A stretch of DNA of 64,000 nt from an uncultured Candidatus Binatia bacterium (GTDB lineage Bacteria > Desulfobacterota > Binatia > UBA9968 > JAJDTQ01): positions 3,456,001-3,520,000 of the forward strand of contig OZ243916.1 in assembly GCA_965213675.1 (NCBI GenBank), given 5' to 3'. The translations under genes and the position numbers were made by a program. Each line of letters starts with the position of its first letter. Position 1 is the stretch's first letter. This document shows positions 1-9,443 of the stretch, one piece after another. The notes beneath the pieces are model-generated. The model was not told the origin of the DNA and ran no database searches. It saw only the letters and a program-made list of their open reading frames with translations.

Positions 1-139
1 CGTCCATGGTGAGCCCCGGCCAGAAACCGTAGGAGCGGTGCCATTCCAGTTTCGCATACGGGCCGCCGATGTAGTCGCGAAGCTCGTCGTCGAGTTCCAT
101 CACATGTCCGTCCGCGTCGATAATGCGTGGTTGCGTCAT
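1..139 (-). CDS. Amidohydrolase family protein, N-terminal part (runs off window edge)
   Basis: Hand translation MTQPRIIDADGHVMELDDELRDY...; IIDADGHV metal-binding start typical of Amidohydro_2; AAGGGAG RBS upstream. Confidence 0.75.
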   Translation of the reverse strand, partial: MTQPRIIDADGHVMELDDELRDYIGGPYAKLEWHRSYGFWPGLTMD

Positions 140-325
140 GGCATTCTCCCTTCGGTTCAACGGGTAGCGATGCCGCAGATGGTAGCCTGGATAGCGTGCA
201 CGGGCAAGCTGGAAAGTATGGTGGCAGCGCCCCGTTCTCTACCCATACCGAAATGGATTCTCTATAATCACGCGCATTCATATCAGGATCGCATCATGGC
301 GTGCTCATCCGGGGAGGCTATCGCA

Positions 326-2035
326 ATGTCGAAACCGCGCACTCTGTTGCTGGCAGTGGCCCTTCTCGTCGCGGTCACCACCGCGGCCTACGCGCAACGC
401 GGGGCCGACGGCGAACTCAGGATGCTCTACTGGCAGGCGCCGTCGATCCTGAATCCGTTCCTCTCGGGCGGGACCAAGGACATTCACGCCGCGGCGTTCG
501 TGCTCGAGCCGCTGGCGCGATACGACGACGATGCCCGAATGGTTCCGGCGCTGGCCGCGGCAATCCCCACCGTGGCGAACGGCGGTGTCGCGGCCGATCT
601 CAAGTCCGTCACCTGGAAGCTTCGGAAGGACGTGACGTGGTCCGACGGGACGCCGTTCACCGCGGCCGACGTTGTTTTCTCGGCCGCCTTTTGCATGCAT
701 CCGGACGGCGGCTGCAACGCCGCCGCCCGGTTTCAGGACGTGGAAGCGGTGGAGGCGCTGGACGACCACAGCGTGCGGATCTCCTTCAAGGTCGCCATGC
801 CGTTTCCCTACGCGCCATTCGTGGGGGCCACCTGTCCGGTGATCCAGAAGAAGCAGTTCGAGGGCTGTCAGGGAGCCAGGGCGCCGGAGTGCACCGAGCA
901 GAACTTCGCCCCCGTCGGCACCGGTCCCTTCAAGGTTCAGGAATTCCGGCCCAACGACGTGGTGCGCTACGAGATGAACGAGCGCTATCGCGACCCGGAT
1001 CAGCCGAACTTTGCCTCCGTGCTGGTGAAGGGCGGCGGCGACGCCGTGTCCGCGGCCCGGGCGGTGCTGGAAACCGGCGAGTTCGACTACGCCTGGAACC
1101 TTCAGGTGGAACCCGAGATCCTCGCGGCCATGGAGAAGGCGGGCAAGGGCAAGGTGGTGTCGGCCTTCGGCACCCTGGTGGAGCGGTTGATCGTGCAACT
1201 CACCAACCCCGACCCCGCGCTGGGCGAGAAGCGCGCCACCTATCAGGATGGCAAGAACCCCCACCCCTTTCTCTCGGACCCCGCGGTGCGCCGCGCGCTG
1301 TCCCTGGCCATCGACCGGAACATTCTGGTGGAGGCGGGCTACGGCCAGGCCGGCCGCGTGACCTGCAATATCCTGCCGGCCCCGCCGGTGTACGCCTCCA
1401 CGGCCCACGACTGGTGCAAGACCCCGGACGTCGCCGCCGCCAACAAGCTGCTGGACGACGCCGGCTGGGTGCGCGGCCCCGACGGCATCCGCGCCAGGGA
1501 CGGAGTGCGCCTTTCGATCCTCTACCAGACCTCCACCAACTCCGTGCGCCAGGGAACCCAGGCGCTGATCAAGCAGATGTGGCGGCAGATCGGCGTTGAG
1601 ACCGAGCTCAGGAACATCAGCGCTTCGGTGTTCTTCGGCAGCGACCCGGGGAGCCCGGACACCTACCAGAAATTTTACGCGGACATCCAGATGTACGCCA
1701 ACCAGTTCAACGGCACCGATCCCCAGGCCTACATGCAAAGCTGGCTGTGCAAGGAAATTCCCGCCCCCGGCAACCAGTGGATCGGCAACAACATGCCGCG
1801 CTACTGCGATGCGGAATATGAGAAGCTCGCCGCGCAGTTGGCCAAGACCGCGGGCATCGAGCCGCGCGCCGCCATCGCCCGGCGTCTGAACGACATGCTG
1901 ATGGAATACGGCGCGTTGATCCCGCTGGTGCACCGCGGCGAGGTGGGGGCGCACGCTCTGTCCCTGGGCGGCGTCCGCATCAATGCCTGGGACGCGTTGC
2001 AGTGGAACATCGCGGAGTGGCGCCGCCTGAAGTAG
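326..2035 (+). CDS. Peptide/nickel ABC transporter substrate-binding protein (family 5)
   Basis: Signal peptide MSKPRTLLLAVALL..AYA; LRKDVTWSDGTPFTAADV and GTGPF motifs; GGGGAGG RBS before ATG 326. Confidence 0.92.
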   Translation: MSKPRTLLLAVALLVAVTTAAYAQRGADGELRMLYWQAPSILNPFLSGGTKDIHAAAFVLEPLARYDDDARMVPALAAAIPTVANGGVAADLKSVTWKLRKDVTWSDGTPFTAADVVFSAAFCMHPDGGCNAAARFQDVEAVEALDDHSVRISFKVAMPFPYAPFVGATCPVIQKKQFEGCQGARAPECTEQNFAPVGTGPFKVQEFRPNDVVRYEMNERYRDPDQPNFASVLVKGGGDAVSAARAVLETGEFDYAWNLQVEPEILAAMEKAGKGKVVSAFGTLVERLIVQLTNPDPALGEKRATYQDGKNPHPFLSDPAVRRALSLAIDRNILVEAGYGQAGRVTCNILPAPPVYASTAHDWCKTPDVAAANKLLDDAGWVRGPDGIRARDGVRLSILYQTSTNSVRQGTQALIKQMWRQIGVETELRNISASVFFGSDPGSPDTYQKFYADIQMYANQFNGTDPQAYMQSWLCKEIPAPGNQWIGNNMPRYCDAEYEKLAAQLAKTAGIEPRAAIARRLNDMLMEYGALIPLVHRGEVGAHALSLGGVRINAWDALQWNIAEWRRLK

Positions 2036-2077
2036 CGCGATCCGGTATTCCAGCAGCCGGGCAGACGAGTCCCCCGC

Positions 2078-3091
2078 ATGTCCCGTTACCTGGGCAGACG
2101 CCTGCTCTTTGCGATCCCGACGCTTCTGGTCATCAGCTTCATCGTTTTCGCGCTGCTGGACCTTGCCCCCAACGACCCCACGGCCCAGCTTCCGCTGACC
2201 ATTCCGCCCGAGACCCGGCAGGCCATTCGGGAGAGCCTGGGCCTAGGGCAGCCCTTCCACATCCGCTACCTCAAGTGGCTCGACCAGTTCCTGGTGAGCG
2301 AGCCCCTGAATCTGCTGGAGCGGATGTGGGGCGTCGAGATCGGCGATTCCGCTGGCCGCCTGCGGGTGCGTTCCTGGGCCACGCGCGCGCCGGTGGTGGA
2401 CCTGATCGCGTCCCGGCTGCCGCAAACCCTCACCGTCGTCGGCGTCTCCTACATCGTGGCCATCCTCATTGCCGTGCCGGTGGGCGTGTTCTCGGCATAC
2501 CGGCAGTACTCCGTCTTCGACCAGGTGGGCACCTTCGTCACCATGGTGGGGTTCTCGGTGCCGACGTTTTTCACCGGCACGGTCCTCATCGTGGTCTTCA
2601 GCGTGGGCCTCGACTGGTTCCCGTCCATCTATGACACCACGCACCGGGTCACGGACCTGGAGAGCTTGCTGGTCCAGGTCCGACAGATGGCGATGCCGGT
2701 GATGGTGCTCGGGCTTTTCAACGCCGCGCAGCTCAGCCGCTTCACCCGCTCCGCGGTGCTGGAGAACCTGAACCAGGAATACGTGCGCACGGCCCGCGCC
2801 AAGGGATTGGCCGAGCGCGCAGTCCTTCTCGTTCACGTGCTGCGCAACAGCCTTGTCCCGGTGGTGACGGTCATCGCCCTGGGGCTGCCCACGACCTTCG
2901 CCGGGGCCATCATCACCGAGCAGATCTTCCGCATCAACGGCGTCGGCCAGTTGCTCATCGGCGCCATCGAAGGCGGCGACATCCCCACGGTGCAGACCGT
3001 GACCTTCATCTTCGCGGTGCTGATCGTCGCCTTCAATCTCATGGCGGACGTGCTCTACGGCGTGCTCGACCCGAGGATTCGCTATGAGTGA
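2078..3091 (+). CDS. Peptide ABC transporter permease (DppB/OppB-like)
   Basis: EYVRTARAKGL EAA loop, LDPRIRY C-terminus. Confidence 0.93.
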   Translation: MSRYLGRRLLFAIPTLLVISFIVFALLDLAPNDPTAQLPLTIPPETRQAIRESLGLGQPFHIRYLKWLDQFLVSEPLNLLERMWGVEIGDSAGRLRVRSWATRAPVVDLIASRLPQTLTVVGVSYIVAILIAVPVGVFSAYRQYSVFDQVGTFVTMVGFSVPTFFTGTVLIVVFSVGLDWFPSIYDTTHRVTDLESLLVQVRQMAMPVMVLGLFNAAQLSRFTRSAVLENLNQEYVRTARAKGLAERAVLLVHVLRNSLVPVVTVIALGLPTTFAGAIITEQIFRINGVGQLLIGAIEGGDIPTVQTVTFIFAVLIVAFNLMADVLYGVLDPRIRYE

Positions 3092-4001
3092 CGCCAGCGC
3101 CGGTCTCACGGCCGCCGGGCCGCGGCCACCCGCGCCCGCCCAGGGCGTGTGGCAACAGTTCCGGCGCCACAAGGGCGCGGTGGCCGGCGCCGCGGTGTTC
3201 GCCTTCATGGCGCTGGCAGTCCTGCTCGGCGCTGCGGCGCACGGCGTCGACCCCCAGCATCTCGACTACCTGTCCCGGAACCAGGGCGTGTCGCTGGCGC
3301 ATCCCATGGGCACGGACAATCTCGGCCGCGACACGCTGGCGCGGGTGCTGGCCGGCGGGCGGATTTCCCTGGCGGTGGGGGTCGCCGCCATGGGCCTGTC
3401 GCTCACCCTCGGCGCCTTCGCCGGCGTCATGGCCGGCTTCTTCCAGCGGCTCGACGGCCCGCTGATGCGTCTCACCGACCTCTTTCTGGCGCTGCCGGTG
3501 CTGCCGCTGCTGCTGGTGGGGATCATGCTGTTCCGGGACCCGTTGCGCGCCGCTCTGGGACCGGAGGCGGGAATCTTCATCCTGGTGGTGGCGGTCATCG
3601 GCCTGACGAGCTGGATGCAGACCGCCCGGCTGGTGCGCGGCGAGGTCCTGGCCGTCAAGGAGCGCGAGTTCGTCGTCGCCGCCCGCGGCATGGGCGCGTC
3701 CCCGCGCGCCATCATCCTGCGCCACATTCTCCCCAACGCCCTGAGCCCCATCACCGTCGCCGCCACCCTGGGCATCGCCAACGCCATCATCACCGAAAGT
3801 GCCCTGAGCTTCCTGGGCCTGGGCTTCCCTTCCGACTTCCCCACTTGGGGCCGCCTTCTCTTCGACGGCGTCCCGTTCCTGGAAATCGCCCCCGCGCGCG
3901 TGCTCTGGCCCGGCTTGGCCATCTCGCTCACGGTCCTGAGCGTGAACTACATGGGCGACGGCCTGCGCGACGCCCTGGACCCCAGGGTCCGGCGGCACTG
4001 A
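3084..4001 (+). CDS. Peptide ABC transporter permease (DppC/OppC-like)
   Basis: HPMGTDNLGRD, EFVVAARGMGAS, HILPN, GDGLRDALDPR motifs. Confidence 0.93.
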   Translation: MSDASAGLTAAGPRPPAPAQGVWQQFRRHKGAVAGAAVFAFMALAVLLGAAAHGVDPQHLDYLSRNQGVSLAHPMGTDNLGRDTLARVLAGGRISLAVGVAAMGLSLTLGAFAGVMAGFFQRLDGPLMRLTDLFLALPVLPLLLVGIMLFRDPLRAALGPEAGIFILVVAVIGLTSWMQTARLVRGEVLAVKEREFVVAARGMGASPRAIILRHILPNALSPITVAATLGIANAIITESALSFLGLGFPSDFPTWGRLLFDGVPFLEIAPARVLWPGLAISLTVLSVNYMGDGLRDALDPRVRRH

Positions 4002-4044
4002 GGCTGCCCAGGCAATCGGGCGGCCCGCGTTGGGCACCTCGAGT

Positions 4045-4710
4045 TCAAACCTGGATCCGCGGGCGCGGCGGCGGTGCGCGTCTGGCGAGCGAGCGGATAC
4101 CGGCTTCTTCGGTGACGGCGTACCAGAACCGTTCGCCGTCCAGAGCCATGCACGCGGGTCGGAAGGGAACCACCCGGCGTTCCATGACCTGCTCGCGCGC
4201 CGGGTCGAAGCGTAGAAACGCGTAGACGGCCTGGCGCTCATCGCTCCAGTCGCCGAGGGGGCCGGGGTCGCACTCGGCGCACCAAATCTCGTCGCCGAAC
4301 GAAGTAGGGCTGTAGACCTGATGCTCCATGCGGATGGTCCAAAGGTTCCGTCCGCTCTCGGGGTCGATGCAGAAGAGCTTGCGGTTGCGCCGGTGGGTCA
4401 GCCACAGCTTGCCGTTCAGCACCGTGGCGCCGGACGCGGCGCCGTCGGGACAATCGAAGCGGCGCACCACGCGATTCGTTTCGCGGGACCAGAGCAGCAG
4501 TTGCTGTCCCAACCTGCCGCCGCCGGTGATGAGCCACAGGCCTTCGCTGCACGGACAGGCGTGGCGGACTCCAGGGAGCGAGAGAACCTCCTCGCACGAT
4601 TCACTGGCGGGATCGTAAGCCAACACGACGGACTCGTCGGCCGACGCAAGCCACAGGCGCCCCGAGTGCCACTGCATGTCCGTTACGGAGATTGACCGGA
4701 TGTCGATCAT
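4045..4710 (-). CDS. Hypothetical protein, probable beta-propeller
   Basis: Repeated G-x-L-W blade-like units (GRLWL, EGLWL, GKLWL, DEIWC, ERFWY). Confidence 0.6.
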   Translation of the reverse strand: MIDIRSISVTDMQWHSGRLWLASADESVVLAYDPASESCEEVLSLPGVRHACPCSEGLWLITGGGRLGQQLLLWSRETNRVVRRFDCPDGAASGATVLNGKLWLTHRRNRKLFCIDPESGRNLWTIRMEHQVYSPTSFGDEIWCAECDPGPLGDWSDERQAVYAFLRFDPAREQVMERRVVPFRPACMALDGERFWYAVTEEAGIRSLARRAPPPRPRIQV

Positions 4711-4782
4711 GGGCGTGAGGCGGTGGGCGGCGATTTCCTCTGGTCTCCCGAAAGCCCCGAACTACGCCGAGTTGTGCCCCGT

Positions 4783-6642
4783 CTATTGCGAGGGATGATG
4801 CGCGCTCGACGTATTCGTCGTCTCGACGGTATTCATGAACGGCGGCGTTCGCGGAGTCTCGCCCCCAATAAGCAAGCGAATGTCCGCCAAATCTTTGACG
4901 AATACGTCCGCACTCACCCGATAGTAGCGCCAGCAACTGAACTCGTGCGCCCAGCGCGTTGCATGGATGGCGTGCTCTGCCTTGTCAACGTATTGGGCCG
5001 CTTCGGGTTCGTGACCTGTAGCCCAGTAAGCGATCGCCATGCACTGATAGAAGTTGGCACCCTTGTCTGAGTTCACGCCCGACCGGTCCAGCTCAACCAC
5101 ACGTGCAAACGTTGGTTCTTGTACCTCCCCGCTTTTACCCCATGAGGCCATCCCATAGTTGAAAGCGTCCTGGATCGTCATTTCATCCACCGGTTTGCCA
5201 TCGGCCCGAAGTACCCTCACAGCATCGGAGAATCTGCCGGTGCCGATATGGCACAGGATCAACTGTTGCCGTGCCTGCTCGCGCCGGGTCGGGGAAAGTT
5301 CTTCGCAATCGATGAGCCGTTCCCATATTGGGATTGCGATGCGCATGGTCCCGAAAGAACGGTCCAGACCGTCCGCAAGCCATATCTGGTCGTGCGGTTC
5401 CAGCGATGTTACCGCGACCGCGTGGGCCACTCGTTCCGGTTCTTGTGACCTTATCCGCGATAGGGCCTCCCGTACCATGGGGGGAGGAAGATTCGGAAAT
5501 TGAAGGACTTCCAAGGCGTCCTGCTCCGCGCCGCCGGCGTCGTTGCATTGCGCGCGACTCCGCGACCTTTGCAGAAATACTTCCGGCTTGGCATATCCTG
5601 CTGCGATTGCGCGTGACGCGATTGCGCTGGCCCAAGCTGTTTCGCCGTCGCGTTCGCGGATCTCCGCAAGCCGGTACAGGACCTCGCCGTCGGTCGGATG
5701 CGCCTTCTCGATCTTGTCGAGCATCGCATCTCTTGCCTGTATGGACTCGCCCCGGATTCGCAGTCTGCCCGTGGCTCGGCTTATGTAGCCCAATGCGCCG
5801 TCGCGGTCATCCGGGTTGAGTCGGGAAAGTTCGCGGACCAACTCTACGTATTCCTGCGCGAGGCGGCTTCTGGGGCGATCCTTCGTAAACACGACTTGGT
5901 TCAGCAACGAAAGGCTGTCGTATCTGTGAATCATCAGCAGCTCACGCTGGAAGCCGAGCTGGCTTTGGAACGCCTTGATCTTTTCGTCGAGAATGCTGTC
6001 CTCGTCGTCCAAATCCGGGACATTGGACATGACGAAATGGAGTTCGATGTCCTTGTTACGTGGTTCGTCGCTTTCGCTGCGAATCTCCCGGACCACCCGC
6101 GTCAGTCCACGCAGGTTTTGTTCGTTCGGAAAGAACAGAATCACTACCGCGTCCGGAAGTTGACGGGTGCAAATGCCGCCGACGTCGGTGTGTCCGGTGC
6201 GCGAGTCGATCAGCACGTAGTCGGGGTTGATGGTTTGCCTCCATTGCTCCTTGAGATCCTCGAACAGCAGGTAGCCGTCGCGTTCCGCATAGAGTGCGCC
6301 CCAGTCGATCTGACTGAGTCGTTGCGCGTATGTCGCGTGCCGGCCGGAGGGCATGATCCACAATCTGCCTCCGGTGTCACCGAAATCGGCCGGTGTCTCG
6401 CTGACAAAACGAGCGGCGTCTGGAGCTTGGCCCGAATCCAGGTATTCGCTGACGAAGTCAACCATTCCTGGAACCGGATCCCGTGGTGTCGTGACGTCGA
6501 AGGTGTCAAGTCCGGGAGCTTCCAGGTCGAAATCCACGACAAGTACGCCGCGTCCCCGGTTGGCCAGTTCCACGGCCACGTTCACCAAGGCCATGGAGCG
6601 GCCGACGCCACCCTTGAAGGAGTAGAAGGCTGTTATGTACAT
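4783..6642 (-). CDS. ParA/MinD-like ATPase with KGGVGR deviant Walker A and C-terminal TPR-like helical repeats
   Basis: FYSFKGGVGRSMALVNVA, VVDFDLEAPGL, YVLIDSRTG; Ala/Leu-rich helical C-terminal half. Confidence 0.85.
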   Translation of the reverse strand: MYITAFYSFKGGVGRSMALVNVAVELANRGRGVLVVDFDLEAPGLDTFDVTTPRDPVPGMVDFVSEYLDSGQAPDAARFVSETPADFGDTGGRLWIMPSGRHATYAQRLSQIDWGALYAERDGYLLFEDLKEQWRQTINPDYVLIDSRTGHTDVGGICTRQLPDAVVILFFPNEQNLRGLTRVVREIRSESDEPRNKDIELHFVMSNVPDLDDEDSILDEKIKAFQSQLGFQRELLMIHRYDSLSLLNQVVFTKDRPRSRLAQEYVELVRELSRLNPDDRDGALGYISRATGRLRIRGESIQARDAMLDKIEKAHPTDGEVLYRLAEIRERDGETAWASAIASRAIAAGYAKPEVFLQRSRSRAQCNDAGGAEQDALEVLQFPNLPPPMVREALSRIRSQEPERVAHAVAVTSLEPHDQIWLADGLDRSFGTMRIAIPIWERLIDCEELSPTRREQARQQLILCHIGTGRFSDAVRVLRADGKPVDEMTIQDAFNYGMASWGKSGEVQEPTFARVVELDRSGVNSDKGANFYQCMAIAYWATGHEPEAAQYVDKAEHAIHATRWAHEFSCWRYYRVSADVFVKDLADIRLLIGGETPRTPPFMNTVETTNTSSAHHPSQ

Positions 6643-6646
6643 GGCG

Positions 6647-7210
6647 TCAGGCCGCCATACGTAACCTGAAGTTCTCCTGGTCGCTGCGCACCTTGTCGGA
6701 GACCTTCAACGCCCGAAACGGTTGTTCACCAGTGATTGGCGTCGCTCCCGTCGCAGACTTCTCAGGCTTGATGATATCCATGAGGCGTTGCAGCGTCCCT
6801 GGCAATGCCAGTAGCCGGAGGTACCTGTCGTATGCGTGGGTCTGGATGTTGATGCCCTTTTCCCATCGATTCAGCGACGCTTCTCCGATCCCCGTGATCG
6901 CGGCAAACTTTGTGCGCGTCATGCCGAGGTCCTCCCTGATGCGACGAATCTCACGCGGGGCGAGCACGCCGAAGTGTCTGCAGACGGCCTCGTGCTGCCG
7001 GTCTTCGGCAACCTCGTCCAGATAGTCGTAGTCGCAAGGTGTACAGCGGCGCACCGGCAGTTCCACGGTCAACTCAATCGCCGACTCCCCCGTCCCATAG
7101 TCGAATGTGTGGCTGTGCATGGTGGTGGCGACAGTGTCTCGTCCGCACAGTGGACACTGGAGACCGCGCTGGGCGGGTTCTCTCGGCGTCGTCTTCTGTT
7201 CCGAATCCAT
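6647..7210 (-). CDS. MqsA-like antitoxin (Zn ribbon + XRE HTH) with C-terminal extension
   Basis: CPLC...CTPC, then EIRRIREDLGMTRTKFAAITGIGEASLNRWEKG; GAGGGA RBS before ATG 7210. Confidence 0.88.
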   Translation of the reverse strand: MDSEQKTTPREPAQRGLQCPLCGRDTVATTMHSHTFDYGTGESAIELTVELPVRRCTPCDYDYLDEVAEDRQHEAVCRHFGVLAPREIRRIREDLGMTRTKFAAITGIGEASLNRWEKGINIQTHAYDRYLRLLALPGTLQRLMDIIKPEKSATGATPITGEQPFRALKVSDKVRSDQENFRLRMAA

Positions 7211-7221
7211 TCCAAGTTCCC

Positions 7222-7578
7222 TCAATCGTTCGGTTCCGAGTAGTGAAAGCTGCGTCCAATGATCCACCCGGATCCCAGCTGAAGCTTGATGTAGAGTTTG
7301 GTTTGCCCCGGTTCCAGATCGACCAACATGACGTAGCCCGTTGCTCCGGGCGGTTTGTCCAATCTGATTGCTTCCAGAGGATGACCCTCCTCAAGTTTGG
7401 AGGCAATCAGGTCCCATGCGGCGGAGTCTGAAAAGTGCGTGTCCAGTAAACCGTTTGGGTTGCGGACCTGTCGAGGTCGCCAGTCTGTTGGGCGGCTGAG
7501 GTTGAAGTCCATGCGACGGGCGTCCTTTCGCCTGGCAAGCACGACCAATGCATGCCGTGTTGCCGCGTCTACAGGCAA
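7222..7578 (-). CDS. Putative MqsR/RelE-like toxin
   Basis: 118 aa directly upstream of the MqsA-like gene; C-terminal LYIKLQL..IIGRSFH resembles MqsR-type YxK..SF; TTG start with GGAGA RBS. Confidence 0.7.
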   Translation of the reverse strand: MPVDAATRHALVVLARRKDARRMDFNLSRPTDWRPRQVRNPNGLLDTHFSDSAAWDLIASKLEEGHPLEAIRLDKPPGATGYVMLVDLEPGQTKLYIKLQLGSGWIIGRSFHYSEPND

Positions 7579-7617
7579 AGGTCTCTCCGAGAAGTCGCGA
7601 AGAAACCGTTGGCGGCA

Positions 7618-7646
7618 ATCATATGATCGATATCCTTGTTTATCAA
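7618..7646 (-). promoter_or_regulatory. Sigma70-like promoter of the toxin-antitoxin-ATPase operon
   Basis: Minus strand TTGATA (7646-7641), 17 nt, TATGAT (7623-7618); overlapped by an inverted repeat 7623-7663. Confidence 0.7.
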
Positions 7647-7659
7647 GGGTAGTAGTCGA

Positions 7660-8151
7660 TCATTTGATAGTCCGTGTGCTGACCGGTACACGTGTTGCCG
7701 CTTTGCGGTCTGGATCGTCGTCGCTGGAACCCCATGGGTCGTAACTGCCGAAGTTCCACAGGTTGCCTTCGGGGTCGCGGCAGGAGTAGAGGCGGCCGCC
7801 GTAATGCTGGTCCTCGGGGGGCATCACGATCCGCGCGCCGGCGGCAAGCGCCCGGGAGTGGTGTGCGTCAACGTCGGAGACGATGACGTAGGGGCTTTGC
7901 GATACCGGGCCGCCAGAGTCGGTCAACGGCCGCTGTATGACTCCGAAGTCGTCGTCTCTGGCCGACCCCAGCATGACCATGCCGTTGCCGAAGACGAGCT
8001 GGGCATGGTCGATGGCGCCGTCCTTGCCGGGGATGACCCGATGGCGCTCAAAGCCGAACGCCCTGCATAGCCACTCGATGGCCGCGGCCGCGTCGCGGTA
8101 GCGGATGGTGGGAATCAGGGTGCTCTTCGTGTCCTTCGCGAGCGTGTTCAT
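7660..8151 (-). CDS. VOC (glyoxalase/bleomycin resistance) family protein
   Basis: IRYRDAAAAIEWLCRAFGF, DQHYGGRLYSCRDPEGNLWNFGSYDPW. Confidence 0.9.
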   Translation of the reverse strand: MNTLAKDTKSTLIPTIRYRDAAAAIEWLCRAFGFERHRVIPGKDGAIDHAQLVFGNGMVMLGSARDDDFGVIQRPLTDSGGPVSQSPYVIVSDVDAHHSRALAAGARIVMPPEDQHYGGRLYSCRDPEGNLWNFGSYDPWGSSDDDPDRKAATRVPVSTRTIK

Positions 8152-8387
8152 GGGTGCAGTGTTCCACATCGGGTGGGTTCCGCCAAGGTGGTCCGGAACC
8201 GGGAGACGCCGCGGCAACCGGGGTTTGACTCGCCATGCGGCCTGCGTTATCAACGGGCGCATTCGCAGTGTCTGACAGTGGCGGAAGCGGTTTCGGGTCC
8301 TGGCGCGCGTCCCGATTCTTATGCGTCGTGCCCTGGTCATGCCTTGTTTCGCCATGGAGTTGCGTCAACCAGATTCGTAGTTTCGTC

Positions 8388-9290
8388 ATGTACCCCGCCG
8401 CTTTCGACTACACCGTCGCCGAATCCGTAGGCCACGCCATCGAACTGCTCCAGCGCTTCGGGGAAGGGGGCAAGCTCTTGTCCGGCGGGCAGAGCCTTGT
8501 GCCGTTGATGAAGCTGCGGCTGGTGCAGCCGGCCCATGTCATCGACATTGGGCGGGTCGAAGGACTGTCGGACGTACGCATCGACGATGCGGCCGGTGTC
8601 GTGCGCATCGGCGCTCTGGCCACGCACGCGCAGGTGGGGGCGTCGCCCGTGGTTCACGAGCGGCTGCCCTTGATGACGGAGGCCGCAAGCGTCATCGGCG
8701 ATGCGCAGGTGCGGGGTTGGGGGACTCTGGGCGGGGCGCTGGCGGAGGCGGACCCGGCAGGGGACTGGGGTCCGGTGATGCAGGCGCTGGAGGCGCGCGT
8801 GGCGTGCGCCGGGCCGTCGGGCGTCCGTTGGGTGGATGCGGCGTCGTTCTTCGTGGACGCCTACACCACGGTGCTGGCGGACGATGAGGTGATCACCGAG
8901 GTCGAGGCGCCGCTGCCCTCACCCGGCAGCGCGGGGGCCTACCTCAAGATGGAGCGCCGGGCCGGGGACTTCGCCGTGGCCAGCGTGGCGGTGCAGCTCG
9001 GCCTGGACGGCGCGGGAAATTGCACGAAGGCCGGGGTGGCCTTGGGTGCGGCGGGATTGACCCCCATCAAGGCGGTGGCGGCGGAGGAATCGCTTTGCGG
9101 GCAACCGCCGGCGCTGGAGGTGGTGGATGCCGCGGCCGAGCGGGTGATGGAGGCGGCAAGTCCGCTCGCGGATGTGCGCGGTCCCAGCGATTACAAGCGG
9201 GCGGTGTGCGGGGCGCTGTTCCGGAAGGCCGTGGACATCGTGCTCAGGCGCCGTCGGGGCGAGAGCGTGAAAGGTGGGCACGTCCGTTAG
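8388..9290 (+). CDS. Xanthine dehydrogenase family FAD-binding (CoxM-like) subunit
   Basis: MYPAAFDY, LSGGQSLVPLMKLR, GTLGGALAEADP. Confidence 0.9.
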   Translation: MYPAAFDYTVAESVGHAIELLQRFGEGGKLLSGGQSLVPLMKLRLVQPAHVIDIGRVEGLSDVRIDDAAGVVRIGALATHAQVGASPVVHERLPLMTEAASVIGDAQVRGWGTLGGALAEADPAGDWGPVMQALEARVACAGPSGVRWVDAASFFVDAYTTVLADDEVITEVEAPLPSPGSAGAYLKMERRAGDFAVASVAVQLGLDGAGNCTKAGVALGAAGLTPIKAVAAEESLCGQPPALEVVDAAAERVMEAASPLADVRGPSDYKRAVCGALFRKAVDIVLRRRRGESVKGGHVR

Positions 9291-9320
9291 GAGCCAGTCC
9301 GTGTGGGGCGACCGCAGGTC
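9291..9320 (+). repeat. REP-like element (GAGCCWGTCCGTG..GGGGCGACC family), degenerate
   Basis: GAGCCAGTCCGTGTGGGGCGACC matches copies at 12581-12617 (-) and 39744-39788 (+). Confidence 0.55.
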
Positions 9321-9443
9321 CGTTGCGTGGTAATGACGGCGCCCTTGGGCTTCGTTACGCGGAGCCGAAGGGCATGAGAGTCTTTCTGGCGCAGCCGCTG
9401 GCCTCCATTGTGAATTGCGTGTCCCGGGGCGCAGGGAATTTCC

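Noticed and set aside
305-1954. Long antisense and alternate-frame ORFs (e.g. 305-1954, 10187-12157, 31204-33084, 36335-38464, 42504-44444, 57818-59665)
   Set aside because: They overlap well-supported genes, lack motifs and are expected shadows of high-GC codon usage
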